This document shows positions 50,018-59,631 of a stretch of DNA of 64,000 nucleotides, piece by piece. The stretch's first letter is position 1. The number at the start of each line of letters is the position of its first letter. The notes beneath the pieces were generated by a model that saw only the letters and a program-made list of their open reading frames with translations, was not told the origin of the DNA and ran no database searches. The position numbers and the translations under genes were made by a program. Source of the stretch: an uncultured cyanobacterium (GTDB lineage: Bacteria > Cyanobacteriota > Cyanobacteriia > PCC-9006 > JAAUQQ01); contig OY970368.1 in NCBI GenBank assembly GCA_963718615.1, forward strand, positions 4,512,001 through 4,576,000, written 5' to 3'.

Positions 50018-51940
50018 TTGCCATGGTCCGTGTTTGAATCTTTCCAGCCCCTTGCCGCGATCGCCACGACCCCCGCTGCGTTGCGCTGTTTACAGCCCCT
50101 TGGGCATCAGTGCTCAATTTGGGTGCCGGAACGGTTGCTAGAGCAGTTAGACGAGCGCTTGCTCCCCTCGGAACGCCTTGGAATTGAAACCTACAACGGG
50201 TCCCTGGCCGACCACCTCCATCACCTGTGGCCCAGCCATCGGGGCTTCATCTTTGCCCTTGCCACGGGAGCAACGGTGCGGCTGATTGCCCCGCTCTTGC
50301 AGAACAAAGTCACTGATCCGGCTATTGTGGTTGTTTACGCATCTGACAAGATTGTAATTAGTCTCTGCGGGGGGCATCAAGGGGGAGCAGACCAGTTGAC
50401 GAGATTGGTGGCAACGCAACTGGACGCGACACCAATTATTACTGGAGGAGCTAAAAATCTTGAACTGACAGGGGTTGATATTCTGGGCAATCCCTTTGGC
50501 TGGACCAGGGGCGAGGGGAATTGGACCGGCGTGAGTGCGGCGATCGCCCGTCAAGGCTCCATTCAAGTCATCCAAGAAACGGGCTCGATGCTTTGGCAAC
50601 AGCATCTCCCCCCCGACCATCCCTATGAGTTTGGCTTCACTGAAGCCGATCATCCTCAGGCACGCATCTGGATCAGTCCCAGCCAACGGCAGTTTGGTCC
50701 CGATAGTATTCCCAAGGTGCAGTGGCATCCCCGCGTCCTTTGGGTGGGCGTGGGCTGTGAGCGGGGGAGCTCCCGGCAGTTGATTGAACAGGCGATCGCC
50801 CAAACTTGTCAACGCAACCATTTAGCAGAAGGGGCGATCGCAGGCATCGCCACCCTCGATCTCAAAGCTGACGAAACCGGCCTGCTTGAACTCTGCGAGG
50901 CTCGACAATGGCCCCTGCGCTGTTTCCCTGCCGAAACGCTCCGTGACTTCCCCGTTCCCACGCCGTCCGAGATCGTGCAAGCCGAAGTCGGTACCCCCAG
51001 CGTCGCCGAAGCCGCTGCCCTCGCCGCCGTCCAAGCCTTTACAGCCCATCATGGTTCTCTCCTCTCTCCTTCCGCCACCCCGTTTGACCCGACGCTGCTG
51101 GTCAAAAAACAAATCCACCGCCGCCCCGATCAGCCTGGAGCCGTGACTGTGGCGATCGCCCTATCTCCCCTCGAATACACCGGACGCATCGGACAGTTGT
51201 CTCTGGTGGGTACTGGCCCCGGTGCGCTGAATCAAATTACGCCTGCGGCGAAGGGAGCGATTGTCGCGGCAGATGTGGTGATTGGTTATGGGTTGTATAT
51301 CGATCTAATTCGGCCTTTGTTGCGACCGGGACAGATTGTTGAAGCCTTGCCGATTACAAAGGAGCGAGAACGGGCAGAACGGGCGATCGCCCTAGCCCAA
51401 TGGGGGCTCACCGTCGCGGTAATTTCCTCAGGAGACAGCGGTATCTATGGCATGGCGGGGCTAGTCATGGAAAGCTTGGCCCAGCAGGGCTGGGATGGGC
51501 AAGTCCCTGGGGTGCAAGTGTTTCCAGGAATTACGGCTTTGCAAGCGGCAGCCGCTCGGGTTGGAACGCCGCTGATGCATGATTTTTGTGCGATTAGTCT
51601 GAGTGATTTGCTGACCCCTTGGTCGGTGATTGAGCAGCGGTTGCAAGCTGCCGCGAGTGGGGATTTTATTGTGGCGTTCTATAATCCCAAGTCAAAAACT
51701 CGGGTGACACAATTAGAAACTGCTCAGCAAATTTTGCTTCAGCATCGACCTGGATCAACCCCTGTGGCCTTGGTGCGATCCGCCTATCGAGCGGAGGAGC
51801 AAGTTACCGTTACAACGCTAGCAGATCTGCATAGTGCTCCTGTTGATATGCTAACTATCGTTTTGATTGGCAATCGAAGTACCCAAAATCATCAAAACTG
51901 GCTGATTACTCCCCGAGGCTATCTGGGGTTTTCCCCCTAA
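50018..51940 (+). CDS. cobJ: Fused CbiG / precorrin-3B C17-methyltransferase
   Basis: GGHQGGA, VGVGCERG and TPSVAE (CbiG); VGTGPG, SSGDSGIYGMAG and HDFCAISLSDLLTPW (CobJ/CbiH). Confidence 0.93.
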   Translation: MPWSVFESFQPLAAIATTPAALRCLQPLGHQCSIWVPERLLEQLDERLLPSERLGIETYNGSLADHLHHLWPSHRGFIFALATGATVRLIAPLLQNKVTDPAIVVVYASDKIVISLCGGHQGGADQLTRLVATQLDATPIITGGAKNLELTGVDILGNPFGWTRGEGNWTGVSAAIARQGSIQVIQETGSMLWQQHLPPDHPYEFGFTEADHPQARIWISPSQRQFGPDSIPKVQWHPRVLWVGVGCERGSSRQLIEQAIAQTCQRNHLAEGAIAGIATLDLKADETGLLELCEARQWPLRCFPAETLRDFPVPTPSEIVQAEVGTPSVAEAAALAAVQAFTAHHGSLLSPSATPFDPTLLVKKQIHRRPDQPGAVTVAIALSPLEYTGRIGQLSLVGTGPGALNQITPAAKGAIVAADVVIGYGLYIDLIRPLLRPGQIVEALPITKERERAERAIALAQWGLTVAVISSGDSGIYGMAGLVMESLAQQGWDGQVPGVQVFPGITALQAAAARVGTPLMHDFCAISLSDLLTPWSVIEQRLQAAASGDFIVAFYNPKSKTRVTQLETAQQILLQHRPGSTPVALVRSAYRAEEQVTVTTLADLHSAPVDMLTIVLIGNRSTQNHQNWLITPRGYLGFSP

Positions 51941-52002
51941 AATGGTACGATAAAACCAGTGATTCAACGTTAGTGTAGAGAGAAAGATTGGCGGGGGGAA
52001 GA

Positions 52003-53418
52003 TTATAGAACCCGGCCAGAGGCAGAGCGTTTTAGGTAGCGGCCCATGCCTGCTCGTCCTAGCCACTGTTCACCCTCAACAATCAGCTCACCCCGCAGGA
52101 AAACTTTCTTGACTTTGCCCTGGACATTGCGACCCTCAAAAAGAGAATAGTCCACATTGGAATGCTGGGTACTGGCGCTGAGGGTATGGCGTTGGTTGGG
52201 ATCAAATAACACAATGTCGGCGTCGCTGCCAACGGCGATCGTGCCTTTTTGCGGGAATAGACCAAACATTTTGGCCGGGGCTGTGGCGGTCAATTGAACA
52301 AAGCGGTTAAGGGTGATTTTGCCAGCTTGGACACCGCCGTCATACAACAGCTCTAGGCGCAGTTCTACCCCCGGTGCACCATTGGGAATTTTGTTGAAGT
52401 TGTCCAGGCCAAAGCGTTTAGATTTGAGAATACCTTGGGGGTTTTCGTTGAAGCAAAAAGGGCAGTGATCGGTGGAGACAATTTGCAAATCATCGAACCG
52501 CAGGCCGCGCCAGAGGGCATGCTGGCAATGGTGATCCCGTAGGGGTGGGGTCATGATGTACTTGGCGCTTTCAAACCCAGGGCGGTCATATTCCGATTGG
52601 TCTAGAAACAAGTAGTGAGGGCAAGTTTCTGCAAAGGCAGGGATACCGCGATCGCGCGCCTCCACCACTGCATCCAAAGCCTCTTTGGCCGAAAGATGCA
52701 CAATATACACCGGTACCTCCGCCAACTCCGCAATGCGAATCACCCGATGGGCGGCTTCCCCTTCCATGAGTTGGGGCCGGGTGAGTTGGTGAAATTTAGG
52801 AGAAGTATTGCCCTTGGCGAGGGCTTCTTCAATCAGCGCCTGAATGACAACGCCGTTTTCTGCATGGAGATTGACCATGCCGCCATAGTCGCCAGTGGCC
52901 CGCATGGTGCGATAAATATCAGCATCGTCCACCATCAGGACACCGGGGTAAGCCATGTAAAGCTTAAAGCTTGAAACCCCATCGCGCCCAATCACATCGG
53001 GCAGCTCTGCCAAAGTCTCAGCGTTGATATCAGTAAGAATAATATGAAAGCCATAGTCGACAAAGCACTGGGGTTCGGCTGTGGCCAAGCGGCGATCTAG
53101 GGCCTGTTTGGGGGTATCGCCTTTAAACTGTTGGGCGAAGTCAATAATAGTTGTAGTTCCCCCAAAGGCGGCTGATCGGGTACCGCTCTCGAAGCTGTCG
53201 CAGGTGTAAACACCTTTGCCCATGGGGGTTTCCATGTGCACATGGACATCCACACCACCCGGCAGGACCAGCAAATCTGAGGCGTCATGAACTTGGGCAT
53301 CGGCTACGGTCAGGCTGCGGCCAATGGCTTCTACTCGGCCATTTTCCAGCAAAATATCAGCCACATAGTCGTCTACTGCGGTGACGATGCGGCCTCCTTT
53401 GATTAGTACTTTGTCCAT
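52003..53418 (-). CDS. hydA: Dihydropyrimidinase / D-hydantoinase
   Basis: PGGVDVHVH, SSFKLYMAY, HAENG, STDHCPF. Confidence 0.93.
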   Translation of the reverse strand: MDKVLIKGGRIVTAVDDYVADILLENGRVEAIGRSLTVADAQVHDASDLLVLPGGVDVHVHMETPMGKGVYTCDSFESGTRSAAFGGTTTIIDFAQQFKGDTPKQALDRRLATAEPQCFVDYGFHIILTDINAETLAELPDVIGRDGVSSFKLYMAYPGVLMVDDADIYRTMRATGDYGGMVNLHAENGVVIQALIEEALAKGNTSPKFHQLTRPQLMEGEAAHRVIRIAELAEVPVYIVHLSAKEALDAVVEARDRGIPAFAETCPHYLFLDQSEYDRPGFESAKYIMTPPLRDHHCQHALWRGLRFDDLQIVSTDHCPFCFNENPQGILKSKRFGLDNFNKIPNGAPGVELRLELLYDGGVQAGKITLNRFVQLTATAPAKMFGLFPQKGTIAVGSDADIVLFDPNQRHTLSASTQHSNVDYSLFEGRNVQGKVKKVFLRGELIVEGEQWLGRAGMGRYLKRSASGRVL

Positions 53419-53624
53419 TTAGTAGAATTCTCCTGTGCAGTCTCTGAGCCATGGTTTATCACTAGCATCCTCTTGGTGGCTGGTTGCTTGTTTAGAGGCA
53501 CTAGTGCTTTCTAGTTTGGCAGCGATCGCCCCAAGAAATTGTCTATATTGAATCCGTTAAATTCTATGATTTATGCAAGAGGTCTATTGTATAGCGGTTG
53601 CTCCTGGAGTAGGTCCTTGGAGCA

Positions 53625-53828
53625 GTGTTTCTGGGGATGCTGGAACTGCCAGATCTGGAGTGGTTAATCGAGTCGCTGAATGCGGAGGTGGCGGAGCGCC
53701 AAGCCCAGGTGACAAGACCAGCTTCGGAGCTGGAAGGCTGGACGCCGGAGTTTCGCAAGTGTGGAAAGATGAATTGCTGGTGTGCGGCGGCGGCGCAGGG
53801 CCATGACCGATACCTGTCCAAGTGTTAA
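53625..53828 (+). pseudogene. Fragment with a CGKxxCxC..GH zinc motif (DUF6788-like)
   Basis: EFRKCGKMNCWCAAAAQGHDRY; in-frame stops just upstream. Confidence 0.4.
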
Positions 53829-53963
53829 TTATTGCTGAGATAAAAGTCTGGCCGTAGAAACGTGTGGCTTTTTGGGATCGCGCACTAGCGGGGGCTTGTT
53901 TTTTGACCTTCCCCCAAGAAAGTGGACATTCGCAATGAGTCGTCAATGAAGGAGAATGTTCAA

Positions 53964-54272
53964 ATGACAAAAAAACCACGCCGCCTGTTTACGGATGAGC
54001 AGAAAGCAGAAGCCGTCAATATTGTGAAGCAATCTGGAAAGCCAGTCAGCCAGGTTGCCAAGGAAATGGGATTGACCGAAAGTGCTCTGCGCAAATGGGT
54101 CAAGCAATCCCAAATTGACGCACAACCCAGAATCGAGGGTGAACTAACAAGTGCAGAACAGCAAGAACTCTTGATGCTGCGACATGAACTCAAGCGCGTC
54201 AAGATGGAGCGTGATTTCCTAAAAAAGGCAGCGACCTTCTTCGCAAAGGAAAGCTCCGACCCTACGAGCTAA
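53964..54272 (+). CDS. IS3 OrfA (HTH plus leucine zipper)
   Basis: FTDEQKAEAV...SALRKWV...ERDFLKKA; AAAAAAG at 54221-54227. Confidence 0.92.
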   Translation: MTKKPRRLFTDEQKAEAVNIVKQSGKPVSQVAKEMGLTESALRKWVKQSQIDAQPRIEGELTSAEQQELLMLRHELKRVKMERDFLKKAATFFAKESSDPTS

Positions 54273-54301
54273 TCCATGCAGAGAAGGTCAATTTCCCTAT
54301 C

Positions 54302-55144
54302 ATGCTGATGTGTCGCGTGTTGAATTTAACGCGCAGTGGCTATTACGCCTGGTGTAAACGTCAAAGCTCTCCGCGAGCCAAGGAGAATCGGATTCTGTCT
54401 GAGCAGATTGTTGAAATTTTCGAGGCGAGTCGGGGTACTTATGGCTCTCCCCGGATGCATGAAGCCTTGTTGAAGCGCGGCTTTGAGGTGGGACTCAATC
54501 GGGTGGCTCGCTTGATGGCTGAGCTTGGGCTTCGCGCTCGCCCGAAGCGTAAATTCAAGACCACCACTGATTCTGAGCATTCTTTCCCAATTTCAGATAA
54601 TCTTTTGAATCGGGAGTTTAAGACCACGGAACCGGACCGAGTTTGGGTAGCTGATATAACTTATATTTGGACAGGAGAAGGTTGGTTATACTTGGCTATC
54701 ATCATTGACCTGTTTTCTCGTCGAGTAGTGGGTTGGTCGATGGCAGACCACATGCGTACCGAGCTAGTTTTGACGGCATTGGAGGCAGCTTTAGGGCAGC
54801 GTCAAGCCTCACTTCAGGGCTTGATATTTCACTCTGACCGAGGCAGTCAATATGCGAGCAACGACTATCAGATTGCTTTGCGAAATGCGGGTATTCAAGG
54901 CAGTATGAGTCGTCGTGCAAATTGCTGGGATAATGCAGTTGCAGAGAGTTTCTTTGGTACAATCAAAACTGAGTTTATCCATTCAAGAGTTTTCGCTGAT
55001 TATGCCGAGGCTAAAACCGCAATCGCTGAGTGGATTGAGGTTTTCTATAATCGACAACGAATTCATTCAACGATTGGATTTCTCTCCCCTGTTCGATTTG
55101 AAGAGGAGTATTGGCTCTCTCTAAGTCAACCTCTCACAGCTTAA
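54302..55144 (+). CDS. IS3 OrfB DDE transposase in the -1 frame
   Basis: WVADITY, HSDRGSQY, DNAVAESFF. Confidence 0.95.
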   Translation: MLMCRVLNLTRSGYYAWCKRQSSPRAKENRILSEQIVEIFEASRGTYGSPRMHEALLKRGFEVGLNRVARLMAELGLRARPKRKFKTTTDSEHSFPISDNLLNREFKTTEPDRVWVADITYIWTGEGWLYLAIIIDLFSRRVVGWSMADHMRTELVLTALEAALGQRQASLQGLIFHSDRGSQYASNDYQIALRNAGIQGSMSRRANCWDNAVAESFFGTIKTEFIHSRVFADYAEAKTAIAEWIEVFYNRQRIHSTIGFLSPVRFEEEYWLSLSQPLTA

Positions 55145-55175
55145 GTTTACTGTCTACTTCTTCGGGGGAACATCA

Positions 55176-55514
55176 GGGTTTATCAAAAACAACTTTGCCG
55201 AGGGGCGATCGCCGAGCCAGAATGTATTCGGGATAGCCTGAGAGTTTTGTGTCTGCATTGAGGGCTTCGTGGCTCCAGAGGAGGAGGCGATCGCGATAGG
55301 CTTTCCAAACTTCTTTGAGAATGGGATAGACCAGATTTTCACAAATCGCAAATTCAGAATTGTTGACGACGGCGTCTTGGAGGGTGAGCCGCAGGTCGTC
55401 TCGGAAGTAGTCGGAGAGGGGAAAGGCTAGGGTCTGAACAAAGTCGGCTTCGTGGTAGCGGATTTGGAATTCTTGTACGACTTTGCCGAGGTCTTTGAAT
55501 TGGCTAAAGGCCAT
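55176..55514 (-). pseudogene. Restriction-endonuclease-like hypothetical protein truncated at the IS3 end
   Basis: SEFAICENLVYPIL...LSGYPEYIL; the frame stops on the TGA supplied by the IS end. Confidence 0.65.
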
Positions 55515-57613
55515 GGGGGTTAAACCTAGGGGATGACTGAGTGTTACAGACCAAAGATGCCTTTGATTAGGGGTTGAAGTTTGTTCCAGGCTGTCAGGAG
55601 GCCGGTGGTGCCGGTGAGGGTGGCGGTGGCGGTGGTGATGATGCCGGTGAGCATTTGCAGGGCGCGCTTGGCAAGGGTTTTCTGTTCGGGTTGTTGGGGG
55701 GATTGTCCGGCTTGGGCGAGGGTTTGGATTTGGCTGAGGGCTTCGGCTTTGTCGTCTTCGCTGAGGTTGGGGTCGGTTTGGAGGGCGGTTTGGAGTTGGG
55801 TGAGGAGGTCTTTGAGGTTGGGTTGGGTGCTGTCGGGGGTGTCGGGGAGTTGGTTGATTGTGTTCGTCACTTGGCCGCTGATGTCGCCGAGGTTGATGGT
55901 GCTGCCGCTGGTGGTCATGGTGCCGGTGTTGACGACGCTGCCGGAGCCGGTGTTGATGGAGGTTTTGTCTTGTTCAGTCATGTTGTGATTTCCTTGGGTT
56001 TGGCTAACGGTGATTTGGGCGGGTGTTGAAGGCTGACCTTGGAGGGCAAGAATCGCGATATCTTTAGCGTCGGCGGCGCGGAGGAGATGAAGTTCTTCGA
56101 CTTTGCCTTCAAGTTGTTTGATTCGATCGTAAGCCTGAAGCAGGGAGCGCTCAATTTGCCCTTTGTCAGTATTTTCAGGGACTTCGATAGCCAACAAGAC
56201 ATCGTTACCTTTATGTTCCATCTCCAGGCGTTGGATAGAGAGATTAGGGTGTTCTTGCATCAGTTGCTGCAACACAGAATTAAATTCTTGCTGCGTAGTG
56301 CAATGTCTCAGCAGTACTTCAACAATATTGTTAGTTTTTGATAGGATCTTTTCAAACTCACCGGGTTCGTAGAGGCGATCGGGATCATGAGGTCGACGTT
56401 CACGACGTCCCTGAGCGTCAGGATGTTCTCGTAAGAAACAAAATTGGCAGTTAATGTCATTCAGAATCGCCTTGTCAATGTTCCATGATTCAATACAAGC
56501 TCCAGTTAGATAAGCTCCAGTCAAATCTGCGCCAATTAGTTTTGTTTCAGCAAGGTTCGTATTTTGAAGATCTGCACTTCTCAAACTAGATTCACTGAGA
56601 TCAGCGTATTTAAAAACGTAACCATTAAGTTTTGCTCCATCAAGATTAATCCCACGTAGATTTGTATTTATGAATTTTGAGGTTTTACCATCTATACCGA
56701 CGAGGAGTGGCAACAGATTGAAATTAGCAAGAATAAACTCATCAGGCTCAGCTTTTTCGAGACCTCTTACCTCCTTGAAGTAAGCTCGAGTAAGCATCGT
56801 ACTTTGCTTACAAGAAGTGGCAAAGCTAGTATTCTTAAGTAAAGCTTGATAGAAATTAGCTTCGGTTACATTCGCACCGCGAAAGGATGTACCACGATAT
56901 GCTTCGAGAGTAACACCAAAAGATCGAATAAAAGAAAACTTTTCATTCTTATTGTAAACCTGAAAAACAACAAAGAAGATCAGTAACAGGAATGGTACTG
57001 CGACTAAAATAGCGCTTCCTGTCACTCCTGCAATCAAATTTACATATCGACTCACAAGGATAAAGATAGCTATACCAATAGCTGATCCAGTGATTGCGAA
57101 AATGTTGATGCAGAAGCGAAGACAGGATTAGAGAAGTTTGCCTATAGTTAAGACAAAAAACGGACCAAGCACTGCACTAGCAGAAGGGAAAGATTGGAAC
57201 CCAAGTATAATTACAATTATGAATGTAGATATGTTTAGTATGCTTTTGATTCTTGTAGAGGCTAAGCCTGATTGTGCGATGCAGAAGCACAAGGCGATCT
57301 CGTATATTAGGGCGAAAGCGGCTTGATAATAGCCGTATGGCTGAATAGCGTTTGAACTGCAAGAATATGCGATAACAGCACCGCCCACAAGCATAGCAAG
57401 AGAGTTCAAGGTTATTTGCACTATCAAAGTGATAATAACTGGAGCTGCAATCCATCGCTTCTGCAACCCAGCCTTTGCCCCAGAAAAGTTCACCCCTCGC
57501 AGGATCGCATCAGTAAAATCAGCCCCTCGAATATCCACCCCCGAAAAATCCGCCCCCGAGAGATCCTGCCCCCGAAAGTTTGCCCCCCGCAAATTCGCGT
57601 TGCAAAAATTCCG

Positions 57614-58518
57614 GGTAGTGCTTTTATGTAAAGGATAAAGAAAAACAGAGTGAAGCAGTTGTAGTCAATAGGAGCTGAAGATAAAGGGAAAGAAGGGAAA
57701 ACTGTTGTAGAAACGAGGAGCGGTTGTAGGAGAAAGGAAAAGATGACCATAGAACGTACTTGCCCGACCTGTGGCTCCCACGACATTTCCAAGAACGGCA
57801 CAACCCGCCGAGGCAAACAAAACTACAAATGCCGAGACTGCAACCGACAGTTTGTCGAAGACCCCCAGTGGAAGCCGAAAGACAAAGACACCCAGAGTTT
57901 GATAGACCTGCTGCTGCTAGAGAAAATTCCCCTGGCAGGGATTGCTAGAGCAACGGGCGTTTCGAGTAGCTGGCTGCAAGATTACGTCAATGAACACTAT
58001 AAGGCGGTGCCCCAAAAGGCAGAGGTACTGCCCAAAGCGAAAGGAAGGCTGAGGGTGCAAATGGATGAGCTATGGTCCTTTGTGGACCATAAGGGCAACA
58101 AGCAATGGGTCTGGATAGCTTTGGATGCGAACACCCGAGAGGTGATTGGCTGCCACATCGGCGACCGCTCCCGAGCATCAGCCGTGGCGTTATGGCAATC
58201 CTTACCGTCGGTGTATCGGCAATGCGCCACGGTCTATACGGATTTTTGGGAAGCCTACGAGAGTGTGATTCCAGCGCAGCGTCATCGTGCCGTCAGCAAA
58301 GACAGTGGGTTGACGAGCTACATCGAAAGGTTCAACAACACCCTGAGGCAGAGGGTTTCGCGCCTAGTGAGAAAAACCTTGTCTTTCTCCAAGAAGCTGG
58401 ACAACCATATCGGTGCAATTTGGAATTTCATTCATGAGTACAACCGTCTAATCAGAGAAAAGATGCTGAACAACCAGCCCAATGATATTTTCTCCATCCT
58501 TTACTAAAGGGGACTACC
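57614..58518 (+). mobile_element. IS1-family insertion sequence (905 bp) with 8-bp target duplication AAATTCCG
   Basis: Ends GGTAGTGC and GGACTACC; AAATTCCG at 57606-57613 and 58519-58526. Confidence 0.95.
57743..58507 (+). CDS. IS1 transposase, InsAB in a single frame
   Basis: CPTC...KCRDC, QMDELWSFV, IERFNNTLRQR. Confidence 0.95.
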   Translation: MTIERTCPTCGSHDISKNGTTRRGKQNYKCRDCNRQFVEDPQWKPKDKDTQSLIDLLLLEKIPLAGIARATGVSSSWLQDYVNEHYKAVPQKAEVLPKAKGRLRVQMDELWSFVDHKGNKQWVWIALDANTREVIGCHIGDRSRASAVALWQSLPSVYRQCATVYTDFWEAYESVIPAQRHRAVSKDSGLTSYIERFNNTLRQRVSRLVRKTLSFSKKLDNHIGAIWNFIHEYNRLIREKMLNNQPNDIFSILY

Positions 58519-58680
58519 AAATTCCGCTCCCCCGCCCGGTAGCGCGCCATCACCTCACGAGCCTTCATCGATTCGCCCCAAATCAACGACAACACGAGAC
58601 AACCCTTCGTCTCCAGTGTCCCACAGGTCCCCAGAGAGCCGATACCCCAACGCCGAACTAATCGCTAAACTAGAAGAATC

Positions 58681-59043
58681 ATGACCACCGTAGCCATCCT
58701 CCCCACCTCCAACGCAGCAGGCGAAAGAATCTACCGGGCGATCGCCGGAGACAAACAGTCCATCGGCAAAACCGCCGGAGAAGCCCTCGACGCCCTCACC
58801 CTTCAACTGGACGAAAGCAACCTCGCCCCCCTACTGCTGTTTCAAAGCTTTACCCCCGACTGGTTTTTCAGCGCCGATCAACAGAAACGCCTTGCAGAAC
58901 TCATGCAGCTTTGGCGGGAAGCCCGCGATCGCGATCAGCCCCTCCCCCCAGAACAGCAAGCAGAACTCAACCAACTTGTAGACGCCGAACTCAAAGCAGC
59001 TACAGCCCGCTCCTTGGCTCTCCTTCAGCAAACTGGGCCATGA
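58681..59043 (+). CDS. Hypothetical protein; possible antitoxin/partner of the downstream HNH nuclease
   Basis: GKTAGEALDAL; EQQAELNQLVDAEL helix; ATGA overlap with the HNH gene. Confidence 0.65.
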   Translation: MTTVAILPTSNAAGERIYRAIAGDKQSIGKTAGEALDALTLQLDESNLAPLLLFQSFTPDWFFSADQQKRLAELMQLWREARDRDQPLPPEQQAELNQLVDAELKAATARSLALLQQTGP

Positions 59044-59447
59044 ATCCGAACTATCCTCAGGTTGCTGCACGCGCAGAGCACCGCTGCGAATATTGCCGCG
59101 CTCCCGAAATTGTGTTCAATTTTCCCTTTGAAGTCGAACATGTGATTCCTCGCAGTCGTGGCGGCTCCGACGATGGGGCCAACCTTGCCCTTGCCTGCCG
59201 CTCTTGCAATCTCTATAAAAGTGCCCAAATGAGTCAAGTAGACCCGGAGACGGGGCAAGACATTGCGCTTTTTCATCCGCGATCGCAGAGTTGGGAAGAC
59301 CACTTCCAAGTTGATGCAGAACAGGGAACAATCATCGGCAGAACTCCTTCGGGTCGAGTCACAGTGGCTGCGCTGGCTATGAACAGCCCCACGCAAACCA
59401 CTGCCCGACGACTGTGGATCCGATTGAATCTATTTACATATACATGA
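59040..59447 (+). CDS. HNH endonuclease
   Basis: RCEYC, EVEHVIPRSRGG, NLALACRSCN, LFHPR. Confidence 0.92.
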   Translation: MNPNYPQVAARAEHRCEYCRAPEIVFNFPFEVEHVIPRSRGGSDDGANLALACRSCNLYKSAQMSQVDPETGQDIALFHPRSQSWEDHFQVDAEQGTIIGRTPSGRVTVAALAMNSPTQTTARRLWIRLNLFTYT

Positions 59448-59448
59448 T

Positions 59449-59538
59449 ATTTCTCAGGGCATCAGTGGTCGCTATCGCTTCATCCATGACCTCCTGCGCA
59501 AACACTTCGCAGCCATGGCAACCCAGCCTCCACACTAA
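59449..59538 (+). pseudogene. C-terminal remnant resembling the tail of cyanobacterial NACHT-TM proteins
   Basis: Translates ISQGISGRYRFIHDLLRKHFAAMATQPPH* with no start codon. Confidence 0.55.
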
Positions 59539-59631
59539 AAGGAGACCATCGCAATCCGGCCTAGCATTATACGGGGTCTATTTTGGGCATTTCGATGCTA
59601 AAAAAGCACCAGCCCTTCCGCCCCTCCTGTC

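Larger units (their letters stand above)
53904..55175 (+). mobile_element. IS3-family insertion sequence (1272 bp)
   Basis: 25-bp imperfect IRs TGACCTTCCCCCAAGAAAGTGGACA / TGATGTTCCCCCGAAGAAGTAGACA; TG...CA ends; no target duplication. Confidence 0.93.
55544..58568 (-). pseudogene. Pentapeptide-repeat / multi-TM protein disrupted by IS1 and an in-frame TAA
   Basis: MKAREVMARYRAGERNF (from 58568), then the IS, then CNANLRGANFRGQDLSGADFS. ORFs 57128-57592 and 55544-57055 are in one frame, separated by a single TAA (57128-57130). Confidence 0.85.

Noticed and set aside
50300-50480. AT-richer patch in the CbiG N-terminal domain as an island boundary
   Set aside because: The frame is intact and the patch is too short to distinguish from ordinary variation by eye.
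53584-53979. Minus-strand 131-aa ORF, and similar Pro/Ser-rich or antisense ORFs throughout the track (e.g. 9108-9920, 29321-29926, 50147-50821, 55574-56029)
   Set aside because: Shadow frames of well-supported genes or ORFs spanning IS ends; no motifs.
55544-57592. Diversity-generating retroelement as the cause of the mosaic pentapeptide gene
   Set aside because: No reverse transcriptase and no template/variable repeat pair in the window.
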